NCBI GenBank assembly: GCA_002189035.1
Contig: CM007989.1
Coordinates: 7,254,001 to 7,318,000 of the forward strand
Length of the DNA stretch: 64,000 bases
DNA from: Utricularia gibba
Taxonomy: Eukaryota > Plantae > Magnoliophyta
Direction: 5' to 3'
The position numbers and the translations under genes were made by a program. Shown here in pieces: positions 26,377 through 41,219 of the stretch (position 1 is its first letter; each line of letters starts with the position of its first letter). The notes beneath the pieces are model-generated. The model did no database searches and was not told the DNA's origin. It worked only from the letters and a program-made list of their open reading frames with translations.

Positions 26377-27703
26377 TTATGATATGTTTGCATTTGCCAG
26401 AGATTCAGATACTATGAGGCCACCTGAAGTTCGCATTGGATGCGTACCGAGAGCAGCAACACACGATTCATCGGTCTTGAGATGGGGTTGAACAGATTCC
26501 CAAATCTTTTTCTTTTGAACCTGCAACGCATGCAAATATGAAAATGGTAAGGCCCCAAGGCTGCAAGTGAAGGTTGATTCATATGTAGATAACAGGCTCG
26601 ATTATATGTGGAGGTTTTCCATTTTGATCTATTGTAACTGAGAGATTTTTGGTTTACTGCCCTGAGAGTAACAAACAAGGGAGCCATTAGTAGAACAGGG
26701 TAGTCTCTTCAAGGGAGTTTAAGCTAGAGCTCATGGTCTAAGACTATTCATTATACTGAATGAGTGGGAAAAAGAAACGCATCAGCATAGCAGTGATTAA
26801 CCTGGTTTGGTGTTGCAACTTCAGGTAGGCTGTCTTTCTCATCGGCAGAACCGAACCACACTCTTTCTCCAGGGACAGCACCTTCCGGTGGTGCAAGGAG
26901 CTCAACATTCTCATGTGAGGCATCTGAAGCTGCCATTAGCATCCCAGAGGATTTTACACCACGCATATTTCTTGGCTTTAGATTTGCAAGGACAATTACG
27001 TTCCGATCCTGCAATGAACTGGTTCAGAACCTCAAATAGCATGTTCTATCATTCCTGATCAGCTTTTCCCTTATCGGGAATAAACATAATTCCGATAGGC
27101 TGTGTACTGATGCATGCCATCTCAGTTGCAGTAAAGGGCACATGCGAAGAGCAAACAGTAAACTTGGTAACAGACAAGTTGCCATGCGTTAAATTTCACA
27201 GACTGTACACATTTAGCGCAGAAATCAGTTTCCTTTCAGGTCCCACAGTAAGATGCTCGCAATTATGCTGAGAAGTAAACCTGGAGAAGGTGAAGAGGAG
27301 CATATTTGACAAGGCCGCTGCAAATAATTCTCGGCTCAGGTTCACCAACGTCCACCTCCTCCACGTACAGCGATTCCGCCTCTTCATGCCTCCACGCCTT
27401 GAGAATTCTCCCGACTCTGATGTCCAGACTATTGGCTGCCTCCTTTACGCTGTTCTCTCCCGATTCCAAGCTCGTCGGCGCAGGCGCAGCCGTACTCTGG
27501 GTGCAATAACAAGGAAAGTTTCTTCCCAATCTACTCCCGCATTGAGCACTTTTCTCCGAAAAAACGGCTAATCGCCGGTGATATTTTACCGCATTTGAAG
27601 CAAGCAAAACGCAGCGATCGGGAAAAGAAGTGAGTGATGTGCCGCGGCGGAAGAAACGAGTTGTCGAAGAACAAGCGGTTAGGGCGTTGGCAGCAGACGC
27701 CAT
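26377..27703 (-). CDS. Organelle-targeted OB-fold tRNA-binding protein (EMAP II/Trbp111/MetRS C-terminal-like)
   Basis: Transit-peptide-like N-terminus, then LDIRVGRILKAWRHEEAESLYVEEVDVGEPEPRIICSGLVKY, VIVLANLKPRNMRGVKSSGMLMAAS, KKKIWESVQPHLKT, SESLANANIS*. Confidence 0.85.
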
Positions 27704-28598
27704 CTGCAACACCATATCAAAGAATCTGTTATCCCCGCTATTTTGCTGTTATACATAAGCACCTCACTACTTTTCAATATTTCACTTTTAATCCATCATA
27801 TTTGAATATTTTCATAATTCGAGGGGTAAATGGTAAAACATTAAAATTTTCGAGGTAGAAATGAAGAATTTTGAAACAATTGACGGGAGATTTGCAAAAA
27901 GACCACAGTTTTGTTAAGGGAGCAATTGAGTTCACTGTGGAGCGTCTGCCTTCCCGCTCATTGTGTTGTTTTAGCTCTCCGCTCTTTTAAGCAAGGACGC
28001 CGTGGAGAGGAGGGTGATAAAGGTAAGGGTTTTCTGAGCACCGTGGTTGCCTGACAACCTGAATTTGGTGGAAATAGAACTAGGATGTTTCCTTATTCAA
28101 TTTCTGTAGCAACGTGGAGAGTTGTGTTCGTTTCTTCTTGGTCTGCTAGTCGACGCGTGAACCGAAATTCACGAAATAAGAGGCTGGAATCCTACAAAAC
28201 CGACAAGTGAATATTGCTCCAAGTATTTGATGCAATGGGTGTGTGATTTGATGAATGAGTCATCCAAAAATTTTCTTTGGAGCTGAAATCGAAACATGTT
28301 GTTGGTTTCACTATTCCCATATCATTCGATCCAGAATGATCGTTTGAGTATGGTAAAAGTAGAAAGAAGAGGAGAAAATTGTACAATTACGTGGAAATAA
28401 CTCCTTGTTTAGTTCTGAGGTCGAATGTGTTTTCTATTTTAATGAATTTTTAAAGTAATATCAAGTGTATAAGTTGTGGCATGATAATCTAAATGCACTT
28501 CTAAACTCTGGTTGAGATAGGGCGGAATTGCAAACTTGGCTTCCTGCATTCAAGATTGAAGCTTCCATATTGTCCAACTGTATTCAGTTGCATCGGTT

Positions 28599-31330
28599 AT
28601 GGAGGCAGTTGTGGTGGACACTGGATCTAAGATACTTAAAGCTGGATTTGCTGTGCCTGATCAGCCTCCTTCTCTGGTATGGGGTTAAAATCTCTTTTAA
28701 TTGGACAACAGTTTTTACGTTCTGTTTCCACCAAAATTTAGCTTGCAGTTACATCTTTTGTAGTGTGTGCAGTTGGATTGGCCTTATTTTTGGCTTGGTT
28801 ATCTAGGATCTCGTATACTCATTGTAGGGATTCTTTTAGCAGCTGCGGTTATCCTCTATGTTCTTTTTGTAAATGATGTTATTAGTAGTGCTATCCTTAT
28901 AGTAAATGCATTGATACGTGCTCCACATAATTTCAGAAACACTCTTACAAAGATGAACGGTTTAACTATCATTGCCTGCCCTATTTAAGAAAAATTCTGT
29001 TTTGGCTTCCCTACTTTTCTTTTTGTTCTTCGAATTCGTTCTCCTATTCATCTGTCTCTTGTGTCAAAACTGCTACTATTAGATCCAGAGATGGAACCAA
29101 CTGTAGTTTGCGCTGGTTCTAGAGTTCTTAAATTTAATTATGCCCTTCCAGAATTTGGTCCTATGGTAATCTATTTTATCTTGCAAACTTCACAGACTGA
29201 TTGGTGTTTTGGAAGGATCATTAAAAACCATTTTGAGAAGCTTTTAATATGAAATTCAGTTTAATCAATTGGTTTGTAAGCGTTCGATTTGACCTTTAAT
29301 GAAGTTATTTCGACTCTTTGAAGCCATAACTTCAGCTGCATTAGTTTTGTTTAATCAATTGGTTTTGTGTCCAGAATATTTCAATGATTTCATGGAGTTA
29401 GTCAAGAGATAGTAAATTGCTTTTATTTTACGGGATTTATTTGAAAGATCCAAGTTTACGTTCTGATGCTTACCTTTTTTCCATTCAAAATTTTTTTTTT
29501 TGGCATATAATTCTGATTTTTTCTCCAGGGGCAAATGATAATCTATGAATTACTTCATATGTCTTAATGGTCCTTCCGTTATTATTCTGCTTTTTGTTTG
29601 CCCATCGAGATTCTCAAATTTTCAGGTCTTGTGTTCTAGGTTATACCTTCACAGATGAAACGAGTTCCAGAAGATGATTCTTTAACAGATACTTCTTTGC
29701 AAGAGGATGTGTTCGTTGATCCAGTTCTTAGAGGATTTATCACCGACTGGGATGCTATGGAAGATCTTCTGAATCATGTGTTATACACTGGTTTGGGTTG
29801 GGAGATTGGAAATGAAGGCCAGATTTTATTTACAGATCCACTTGCAACTCCCAAGGTTGTCACTATGATGCTTCTCAGAGCTTGATATTTGATTTACTTA
29901 AGCATTTCCCATGTCATATTCCATGTGGCTATGTCTTGTTAAACTTCAAGCTTTGTTAGCCATTTCTCATATGAGTGACCTTCCTGTGAATCATTCTAGA
30001 ATCTAATGATCTAAAATTGTGTGACAGGCTATTAGAGAGCGTTTGGTGCAATTGATGTTCGAAAACTTCAATGTCTCAGGTTTTTTTGCGTGTGAGCAAG
30101 CAGTGCTATCGCTTTATGCCGTAGGTCGTATCTCAGGTTGCACCATTGACATTGGCCATGGCAAGATGGGTATGCTCATCTGGATTCACTCTAAGCTGTA
30201 ATGTTGATTTTCAGATTGTATGTAGACATTTGTTCACGTAAAAAGCTGCTCTGATGAACCATTTCAGCATTGTTTTTACAAGCCTTGATATTGTATGCAA
30301 TTCATTTCCTACATAAGATGCGGAGCATCTATTTGAAACATTTCCCTTTATCTTCAGATATTGCAGCTGTGATTGAAGGAGCTGTTCAACATATATCTTC
30401 AAGAAGACTTGAAATAGGGGGTTTTGATTTAACCAACCTGCTTGCTCGAGAACTCTTAAGATCCAATAAGCATGTAAATCTTAACTTATCTGATGTCGAA
30501 AAATTGAAGGAGCAATATGCATGTTGTGCTGAGAGTGATACAGTTTACCAAAAATTCCAGCAAGAATGTCCTGAAGAACAACATACTCTACCCGATGGAC
30601 AGGTGTGGTTGCTATCCGTATCATTCTATATTACGTATGTTTTAAGACTTGCTTTGTTTATCCCTTGGGATCTTGTATTGTGGAGCTTTTTTGCATCCCT
30701 TTCAGGTTATCAGAATTGGAAGGGAAAGGTACACTGTTGGCGAAGCCTTATTTCAACCATCCATCTTAGGTTTAGAGATGCATGGAATAGTTGAGCAACT
30801 TGTTCGGTGCATTTCAACTGTTTCAACTGAGAATCATCGCCAGCTTCTCGAAAATACTGTACTTTGTGGTGGAACTGCTTCTATGAGTGGTAATATTTAA
30901 ATTGGTTCAGCAGTTGCAACATTGTGATCTCCAGCAATACTTCTCCTGCGCTAGAATCACTCAGTATCTATGGCTTTTTATGCAGGCTTTGAGGATAGGT
31001 TTCAGAAAGAAGCTGGCCTTTCATCCTCAGCAATCCGTCCTTGTTTAGTGAAGGTAATATACCATGATAAGCTGCCATTATTTATTTACCTGTTTTATTC
31101 TGTTTAATCATCTGCGCTATATACATGTGGACTGTGCACATGTAATGCAAACGAGCATTCTATCCTTTTTGATGCAGCCTCCAGAATACATGCCGGATAA
31201 CTTGGGGAAGTTCTCAGCATGGACTGGAGGTGCCATCCTAGCCAAAGGGGTGTTTCCTCAGAATCAGCATGTTACCAAGGCTGAATATGATGAAACTGGA
31301 CCTTCAATTGTTCATCGTAAATGCTTCTGA
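28599..31330 (+). CDS. ARP7: Actin-related protein 7
   Basis: [100 protein letters not shown]. Splice chain intact. Confidence 0.95.
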
Positions 31331-31673
31331 GAAGACGAATCTATCCCTTTTCTTGCGTTCGTTCCTCAAGGTTAGTTCAAGACTACAATAGCAGTGTTAT
31401 AAGTTGATATAAATCTTGGCCTGAGAAACATTCGAGAGATTCAGTTAAATCCTGCTTCTGAATGGTTGTTGTGTCAGTAGGTAGGTAGTTTAGGGATACT
31501 TTGCACCAGTCCACTAATCTCCTTATTTGCAATTTGAACTGGCGGGCACCATATTTGCAACAAAGTCTCTCGCTGTATTGCAAAAATTGTTTGGTACTTT
31601 TATCCAAAACCAACCTCAATGTAAATTCAAAACCAGAACCCACAGTTGATTTCCAGACCACACAATAGCCATT

Positions 31674-34600
31674 TTACTTGGTTTTTGGATGCTTTAAATC
31701 TTCCAACTTCTCTTCTACAAGTTCGATACAGCGATACAGGACTAACTCAACAGGGTTGAAGGCACATACTACACCTAATGAAAGCTCATCCAGACTCATC
31801 CGATGTTGCGCCATCATTCCGGTCACCAATGTCCGCAATGGCAGTAGCCACTCTCTGTAGGCTTTTTCCAGCACCTCCCTGCGGAGTATCTCAGTGAAGT
31901 TTGTGTTCCCTGGTTCACATAGCACATTTTTGAGATAAAATAACAGACAGAATTGCCCTGCAACTATAGATGGGGTTGGTCCTATTTAAAAGTGAAGCAG
32001 GCACTTATGAATTTCTTTCACCTGTTGATTCTGTGATGAGTATAAATCTGAAGAGATTAAGTGCTGACAAGACCTGCAGATCACAACAAAAGGGTGCACA
32101 AATGACTTCTTTTTGCGGAGTTTTACAACAAGCACCAAGTTCCATATCAGGTAATGCATTATGTGATGATGATAACAGAAAAGAGGCAAATAACCACATT
32201 GTGCAGTCTTTCAAGGTGTGTTGGTGTATTACTGTGTCTAGACATGTTTCTGTGTGTGCCAAGGTAAAGATTTACGCGCATTCTTGAAAGTTGGAGATAC
32301 TTACGGCATCGCTGTATTCAGGAAGAGATGGTGGTCTACCATCAGGTCTGAGAACTAGTTCCACAAATTGAAGCACAGATGGTTTCCAGAGTGTTACTAC
32401 ATCCTGATCAGGTGAACCACCTTTGATTCGGTTCTTGTGCATCTCCGCTTTGACACAATCAAGATGAATTGCGATCTACAGTACGGAGGTTCCAAACGTC
32501 TGCCACAAGGTTTAAACATCTTATCAGAATCCAAAAGATCTTACCATGGGAGAAACGCCACTATTCATCAGCAAAGCCTTCAAGACATCAAATCTCACAA
32601 AAGTTGGAATGTCACCAAGAAGCTACATATCAAATATGGCTTATCAGCAAAAGGTGTTCCATCGAATAAATGACAATGTTGAAAGAGCTAAACGATTACT
32701 GTTGTTTAGTTGCTATGGGAATGAATGGAAAGCTTTCAAGATAGAAAACAACAAAACTTACACCTTTTTGAATGCACTGAATGCTTGCTTTCGTAAGTCG
32801 GATTCAGAACTCATGATGACTTTTTCAATGGCCTAAGCATAAAAAACATGCATTTGATTTGGGAGCATGCTGCATTGAAGATATTTAGAGGTAGCAACCC
32901 ATTACATTCAAACTTGAGTATAAATTCGATATATCCATGCCAGCATCCACATATTGATCATCCAACTGTGATAGTTTGCCATCCATGATGCAAAGAAGAA
33001 AGCTCATGCTTTTCTTCTTCAATTCCAACGATAAACCAGAAGATGAAAAGATGTACTTCAGCATGCCTATTGCTTCCCATCTTGCAGTCCAATTCCCTGT
33101 AAGTTCCTCTATGACACCAGCAAAATCATCTTCACTAGCATTATAATGCCAAATCACTGGACCAAGCCAACATTAAAAACGTGATTTGTAAATAATTGAG
33201 TGACATAGCAAACCAAAAAAGCAGCACAATGTTCAAGTAGAAACCTGCGATTGCTGCCCCAAGCTTGACATCAGAAAAGCAATTGGAACACTCATCACTG
33301 TTATCTGTGTAGACACACAGGCAATCATTTAAAATATTAATAACAATAATACGCAGTCTCCTGTAAATAATGATGAAAGTAAATCCATCCCTCATCACAA
33401 AAGGTAGCGACCCAATAGAACTGGAAACTTGGGTTTCAAAGATTACCATCAACAACTAGATTGTATATCAAATCAACTTCACATCCCGTGCTCAAACCAA
33501 TATACGACAGTTGACAGTGTTGGAGGAAGTCAGAATAATCTGATACATTTGGAGTCATTGTATATGCAGAAAGAGCCTGCATAGGGAAGGTGTTTTTCAT
33601 GATGAATAACAGCATCGACATAGTTTAAAATATAGTTGGACAAGCATCCTTGAAAATTTCACATTGAAAAGAAGTCCACCGTGATTTCCAAGACAAAAAG
33701 ACCTAATAATGCCTGCAGCTTCCTCTTGGCCTCACCCTCCTAATATATGATGAAATTGCAACACAGATTAAGATCAGCTATTTTAAAAATATACTAAGAG
33801 AGAGAAGACTGACCGATTTTGCACTAGCTGCTCTTATAGAACGAGCAATCTGAAATGCAGTAAGGACTAAGTTCTCATAAATGTCATCCGCAATATCTGA
33901 ATTGAATTGAAAATCCCTTAAAATATTGATACTGGGATGAACAATGGACTTCATATTCTCATAGGGTCGCCTTTTTATCAAAAGGAGTACTGCAACCAGA
34001 AAATAAAATACTGAATATCAACGACAGTAAGACTTTGATGATAACCAGATTCTGCCATTTTATGCTAAACAAGCATTTAACACATCAATAAAATGTAAGC
34101 TAATACCTTTCGCCAGCGCACCCAAAAGAGGCATAAAATAGCCAGGAACCGCATACGGCAAGCCAGTCACTGAGATTGCCTGAGACATTTCGAAGTTCAT
34201 GTACAGTTCAAACAAAAACCCAGTCCACAACACATAAAGTAATGACAGGACTCTATGTTATGTTCATTGCTTATTTTTAAAAGAGACAACTAACCTCCAT
34301 ACTTTTGCAAGATATAGGGGAAAACACACAATTTACTAATTTTCAACCCACCAACCTTGCGACTGGTTCTTGTTTTTATTCCGAACTTTTCTTATCTTTT
34401 TACCTCAGATAGAATGGAAAGCATCTCGTTCGCACTGCATCTCCGTATAAACAGATCGAGTACATTTTCAACAACCTTCAAACATCGTTCTGAGACACAA
34501 GAAAACTTTGCCACAGCCTTTGGCAACTCAAATGCCATCATATCACTGATATCCTGAAAAGAAGTTAGAAAACGAATGAAAATCCATTTCTTTAAAAGAA

Positions 34601-34956
34601 AGAAGAAGAATGCAATCTCCACTTACCTGATCTAGAGTTGGCGAGCACAAGTATTCATGAATCCGATTGAGGATTTCAAAAGAAACCACTTCGGAATTCA
34701 GAAGCCCCTGTTCTTCATTGGTTAGAAGAGAAGACATTGAATCGAGAAACTTAACAAGTTCTGCTAAATCTTTCTCCGTCTTTCCAAAATCTCCTGATTT
34801 CATCGACTTTTTTAGGTCGGAACACGAAAGAAAAACAGGGCATCAGCAACCTGTTTATCTATATGAATTCGCCATTACTTTCGCAAGCAATACCTCAGAG
34901 CAGGAATCTAGGTATCGATTGAGAATCACGAGCTCAGCATTCCCATCCGCGGACAT
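31674..34956 (-). CDS. ALF4: Aberrant lateral root formation 4 (glomulin-like)
   Basis: FELPKAVAKFSCVSERCL, FDVLKALLMNS, RPPSLPEYSDAVLSALNLFRFILITEST, AYREWLLPLRTLVTG, FNPVELVLYRCIELVEE. All exons traced in frame. Confidence 0.9.
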
Positions 34957-35178
34957 GTTGAAACCTTTTGCCAACAAGCAATTCCGCCAACTTCACTCAT
35001 TCATTCCCAGTTCACAGCCTGCTTCCGCGCCGTTCTTCAAGGAAAAAGAAAAATCCTGTACGGGTTTATCGGATTCGGGTTTCCCCGAACACCGGATCCG
35101 ACCCTTTGACCTTCATATAAGCTTAATTTTCTATAGAAGATTCGGAAATGATGACTCTTGAAAGAAGTCAGAACCGCC

Positions 35179-36720
35179 ATGCTTCGATTTTCCCCCTTTC
35201 ATTTGCTCACTTCAACTAACCTCCCGATTCTCGCAGTTCGTAGTCAATCACTGCGTTTCCAAAGGATGGAGACCCAAAATCCCGATCGGCCATGCAAGCA
35301 CCCCTATTATCAAAATCCGAAGGTTAACGAATTTCAGAAAGTAATGCGCTCAGAATCCATTGGTGAGTCGGAATGCTATTCGGGGGTCTGGAAATGTGGG
35401 TTTTCTTTGTCCATTGCAAGGAAGTGAATTTTGCGGTTGGAGTGCAGATGGTTGGGACAAGTGCTGGGAACAAGGGGTCACGCCTTGGGATTTGGGAGGC
35501 CCGACGCCAGTGCTTGTTCACCTTCACAACGTAGGATCACTTCCCACAGGCGCAGCCCTTATCCCTGGGTGTGGAAGTGTGAGTTTACGTCAATTCGCTA
35601 CAGTGACTTATGCTCCAAAGCAACAGCTTCCGTGTTCTTTGTTTGATTTTTCTGATTGTTCTTCCACTGGACTAGTCTTTTTTTTTTTTTTTTTTGTCAT
35701 CCTAATCATTATGTAAATTTTTTTCAAATTGATAATCTCCACCTTTGAACACACCATTCGTTGCTGCAGGGGTATGATGTTGCGGCAATTGCATGTGCTG
35801 AGCGCCATGTTATAGGTTTAGAAATTTCAGAGAATGCTTTGCAAAAGGCTTCAGAAGTAAGAGAATAGTTTCCCCTCCAGTTTATATAGCTGAAGTTATA
35901 CCTGGTTCTCTCTTTTGTTCATATCTATCCGGATTGTGTTTGGGAAATAAATTTGGTGATCTTTGATATGTAGTTGCACTCTAGGTCTCCAAAGGCCAAG
36001 AATTTCTCGTTCATGAAGGCAGATTTCTTCACTTGGGATTCAGCTGAATTGTTTGACCTTATTTTTGACTACACGTAAGTTTTCCACACAAACTCCAAAA
36101 TCAGCTTCCTGAATTGTCATCAGCATGCAAGATTACAGTAGAGATCCGCAGGTTTTTCTGTGCTATCGAACCAGAGCTAAGATCACTATGGGCAGCAAAA
36201 ATGCGTGATCTTCTAAAGCCAAATGGAGAACTCATTACATTAATGTTTCCGGTTCAGCAAGACTTATATATAATTGTGTCTCTAACATGCGATTTTGTAT
36301 CTTTGGGTTACCTTATGCTCATGTTCTTTTCTTGCAGATAGATGATCATGAGGGCGGGCCCCCATACAAAGTATCTGTTGCCGAGTAATGTCTACGTTTG
36401 CCTCAGTGCATTCATCTTTTAAAGATCTTACCTTTTTTTTCACATATTTGTGGAACTGCTAAATGTTTACTCCCTTCATGCGTAGTTATGAAGAAGTGTT
36501 ACATCCCCTGGGTTTTAAAGCAACCCTTATTGCAGATAACGAGTTGGCTGTTGCTCCTCGACTGGTTAGCTCCTTAGTGCTATAAATTTGGCATATTCAT
36601 GAAGTCCCTCAGAGAACTTGTTATGAACCAGACCCATGAATGGACCTTTTTTTATCAATGAAACAGGGCAAAGAGAAGTTGGGACGATGGAGACGAGACT
36701 TTGTCCAGTCTTTGATGTGA
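35179..36720 (+). CDS. SAM-dependent thiol/halide methyltransferase (HOL family)
   Basis: [95 protein letters not shown]. In-frame ATGs at 35179 and 35266. Confidence 0.92.
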
Positions 36721-36975
36721 TCAGTGATCAATACTGTGGTGAGATCAACACTTCAAGGATAGAACTTGTTGTGAACCAAATAAATCGTGGGAACAAGTGA
36801 AACACTTGAATGCTCATTGCCCGATGCCTAAAAGATAAGAGTGCATTCGAATAACTTGTTTTTGTAATACCACATTTTCTGGAATACATAAGCGTTCCAA
36901 ATTAAAGGATGGAGAATAGTGATCTCCACATAAGCACAAAATCACGCTTGAAAGCTGAAAAGGCATCACATGAAT

Positions 36976-38568
36976 CTATTGGTAAGATGGTGTTGTAGCC
37001 TTTGTCATCGGCAGTGATAGGAAGGAATCAAAGCTCATATCTCCAACTGATTTCCGGTGCAGAAGCTTCTCTGGCCTCCTGTTTTGTGTTTCTCGAAAAG
37101 AGAATCTGTTCTTCTCCATATCAGCCTCCTCATTATGACCATTCTCTCTTGCTTTAGCCCGAGATGAGGCCGTATGTATCATGTAACTCGGTGTTAAAGA
37201 CACTGGACAACTTGAGAAACTCTCATCATCTCTCAATGAGGGATTGTTCCTCGCACTGCCAATCGTGCTTCTTCTGTGCTGTGAGGTATCTTGATTAGGT
37301 GTCTTCCTTGAGATCAGTGACTCATTTTGTGGACAGTTTTTTGGAAAACTTGATGATACATTTCTTGTTATCGTGGCAGCAGATGAAGGTAAATGTGACT
37401 CGAGCCAATTCCACCACTTGGGATATCCATTAGATTTAAGCTTCTGATGACCTCGTATACATGCTTGATTAGCCTGGACATGGATAGCTAGTTGCTCTAA
37501 ATTTTCGGGTTTATGAGTTTAAATCCCCGAGCTAATTCTGAGGCACGGCTCAGTTGAGGAACATGGAAGTTTCAAGAGATGAGCTTACCTTGTGGGATTG
37601 TGAATATGCAATGGCTCTTTCTCTTTTCACTGTGGCCTCCTTTTTTCTCCATGATCTCAGTTCTTTTTCTTCTTTGGACAACAGGCTATCATCCCAGTCC
37701 CCCTGCTGGTCATAATTTGAAGGAAATATTTAGTTAGGAATACGTTTTCTTGCACTCAAAAGGAAATGCAGAAGACTTACCAGTCTCCTTAAGCTCCATC
37801 TGCCGAGTTTACTACAACTCTCAACTTCCTTGTCATTGTGACTTGGAGGTCGATGACCTTTCTGCTTCCGAACCCTCATCGAATAAATTTGTAGTTGTAT
37901 CCGAATCAAGGTCTGCATTTGCTTCATTGCACTAGCAGCTTGCACCCCAACATTCTGCCCTCTAACAACCCTCTGTAACCTCATCACGGCTCTCATAGAT
38001 CTGGTATTCTTCCTCACCTGCAGCACTGGCATTTTAGTTGTAATCTGCTTAAGGCTTTACTGAACTCCCTGGAAGCTTTCACTTTGTTATGATCTTACCC
38101 TGTAGCCTCTGAACGCAGCCTGGATGTTAGTGGCACAGATGAATCTGGTTCTTGAGCTTGGATCTGTTCCATCAAAAGATGCAGCAGTTTTCACCGGAGA
38201 ACAAGTTGATGAAGGAGCATAGACTCCTTGAGTCGAAAAAGCAGATTCATCTAATGACTCCAGCAGAGAGTCTTTCCTTCTGTTCTTTTCATAAGATTTG
38301 GGAGGCCATATCGACAGCTTATCTGCTTCACCGAATATTTCCTCTATGCCACTCTGCTCTACAGATCCAGGGATCAGTGATCTGGAATTCCCAAAGCCCC
38401 TGATCCCACGGCTGCCTTTCTGGCATGATCCCTGAAGTGAAAAAGATGAACAAAGAATGAACTGAAAGATGTGCATGAGATTTGAAGCACACGTACATCA
38501 GATGTCTTGTTCCTTGAGCCGAAAATGGCACTCCTGAGAGCAGAAAACCACCCTTTTCTTCTTCCCAT
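36976..38568 (-). CDS. IQ67-domain calmodulin-binding protein (IQD13/14-like)
   Basis: MGRRKGWFSALRSAIFG, ATNIQAAFRGYRVRKNTRSMRAVMRLQRVVRGQNV, DWDDSLLSKEE, KRERAIAY, WWNWLE, DDESFSSCP..PSYM..TASSRAK. Five exons. Confidence 0.88.
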
Positions 38569-39646
38569 TCCTTCAGCATTGAGGCTCAGAAAAAGCAGCA
38601 ACTGCAGTCCACTCACTCCATCCCTGCTTCATCACACCAACCAGACCTCATAATAAGCCTGTAACACAGCAGCTTCATGGTGAATATGAACGCGAAGGCA
38701 CCCCGAGATTGAGAAATGCTCCCCCCGTTCAACCAGAACATGAAGCCAGGCATTATTATAGCTCCCTTGCCAATGAAATGGATGAACCTTGGGAGTGCAG
38801 ATTCGCAGGCCATGATGGCTGCTTGCTTCCTACTTCACTGCCAACTTCACATCCTGTTCATTGAGCTAATCCCATTTTGATACACTGTCACCATTTGCGT
38901 CTCTTTTTGTATATATTGTTGGTTTCATACATTCATTTTATGTTTATCCATCTTTGATCAGGAGACTCCCAAATGATCATCCATTCCGAAATTACCCCAA
39001 ATCATGTTCGATAAAAAGATTTCGTATAAGATTTGCAAAATCATTTTATTTAATCTCATACTTTCCCCTATCTATAATTGATATGGGATTCGCTTAAATT
39101 TGTTTGTCATCCTTCCTTGGATGAGGCCTGACATACACCACTCAATGTATCTTGATCTTGAATCCTGAAGTTTCAACAGTCGGCAGTTGAAAAACGACGT
39201 TGCTCTCATGAAATACTATCTTAGAAGCCACTCTCTGCTTATTCAAGATTGATGACGTGAAAAGGTGATGGATAAGCCTTTCTTCTTCACGTAGAAATTT
39301 AAATAAATGAGTATTTTAGTATAGAAAAAATTAAATTTAAGTTAAATTATCAATTTCATTTATGCAAATGACCTCCGTGTAATGGACCGGCCGACCGGAG
39401 AATGGGGAAGCTTGGAAGCACCACCGCGGCGGTGCTGGCTTCCGCCCACGCAACCGGATGAGGAGGTTGTTGGGTCCGTACTACTTATGAACAAACAAAC
39501 GCAACGAAAGAAAGACGATAATGCAATTGAAAAACTCATGTTTTTGCAGCTTGTCTTAATGACAAAATCTTACGCTTGTATCTAGCGTTTCCAGATCATG
39601 GTGTGTGCATTCGCACCAGCGCCGGCGGCGTTTCTCGGCCACCTCC

Positions 39647-41219
39647 TCATTCTCCCCACATACCTGAGAACTCATCAACCTGAAGAGGATTCGCGAGTTC
39701 ATGCATCTTCCTCCTTGTTTTGGCCTTGACTTTCTTCACATATTTTCCAGCCTTCTTCCTTTTATTCATTGCACGAATCTGTCAAGGAATGAAGTTAGAG
39801 GCCGACTCGCGACAGAATACACATCAGGAGGAAACAAGAGCGCTACTGAACCTGGTTGGGAGACACAAAGAACGGATTCTCGTACAGCGTAGGGCCTCCA
39901 AAGCTTCCACCGAGTATCTTGATGGGGTTCAAACAGAATCTTGGCCCAACCTACAGGAGCCATAAAGAAGACATGGATGCATTGCCTCATTCGTGTAGTT
40001 GTGGGGGATGGTGCACGAAGTGTAGGACAACAAACCTCAACAAGTGTCATCTTCTCCAAATCCATGCGGTCTAGTTTTTGGTCTCCACTAGTAGGGCAGG
40101 ATATCTGTTTCACAGAAATCAGAGTTTCAATGCGTTGAATCTATCTGAGTAAGCGGTGTCGTAAAAACTATCTTTCACCTGGTAGTTTCGAAACCATATG
40201 TGATCATCAGCAATCGAAAAGACAAATACGTGATCATGGTAAGGCTTAGACTTCCTGTGTTCCTTTGGGGTGCCGAAGATCTACACGGTGATAACTTTCA
40301 GCAATGAGAATATGAAAAAAAAAAAAGAATTTAAGGAATGTTCAGTTGATACTCGAAAAGGATTCCTGGAAAACCTGCGTAATCATTTCCTTTAGAACTT
40401 GCCAGTGAGGTTTCTGGTCAAAAGTGGACGAGAAGGTAAGGATCGGACGAGAACCCTTCAGGTGATTCCCAGTAAGTTTCAGTTCTTCCATGGTGTGAAC
40501 TACGACCAAAGAACATCATCCAGTGAGCAGAGTATGGCAGATAGAAAATGAATGAGAAAGCATAATAGAATGAAAAGGAGTACCCGCATTAACCAAAAAC
40601 TTGACCGAGGGGCCACCTGGATTCTTCACCATCCATAAATAGAGATCCTTACCCTTCCTACACTGTTGAATGATAACATTGGTCACTTAAAGATATCATC
40701 CATAAGACTAACATGAAAAGAAAACTTGGGAAAGATCTTAGGCACTGACCTCAAAAAATAAACATGAAGATGCACCACTAAGCTCCACAAGTTCATTTAA
40801 AGCAGCGCCTTTACTCTCCTTTGATTCAACCTTGTTGTCCTTCTTACAGTGAGGAATAAGGCTGATCATATTCAACATCAAATGCCGGTACCTACATGCA
40901 TTTGAAGGAAACAGAACATGATGAAAACTGGGCACATGTAAAAGCTATTATACAAGGCATCTCAAAGTCAAAATTACACCTAATTAAAAGCAACTATTAG
41001 CACAAGAAGGTCGAACCTGAAAGATATGCGTCGGGAACAAGTGATCAAGACTTTCTCCTTGTTCCGAAACCCAGATGGCGATGCAACTTGCTGTTCAGAA
41101 TTTTCATCGTCCTTTTTGAATCCAAGTAAAGTCCTCTTGGGTCTCTCTGGAGCATTATCCTCCTTATTCACAGTAGCAGCAGCAGGCACCACTTCACTGT
41201 GCTTTCTCTTTTTACCCAT
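39647..41219 (-). CDS. BRX1: Ribosome biogenesis protein BRX1 (Brix domain)
   Basis: MGKKRKH, FRNKEKVLITCSRRISFRYRHLM, HTMEELKLTGNHLKGSRP, EVGPRFCLNPIKILGGSFGGPTLYENPFFVSPNQIR. Intact. Confidence 0.95.

Noticed and set aside
38613-38813. 66-codon ORF and several ATGs upstream of the IQD gene (possible uORF)
   Set aside because: No recognisable peptide and the transcription start is unknown, so it cannot be supported.
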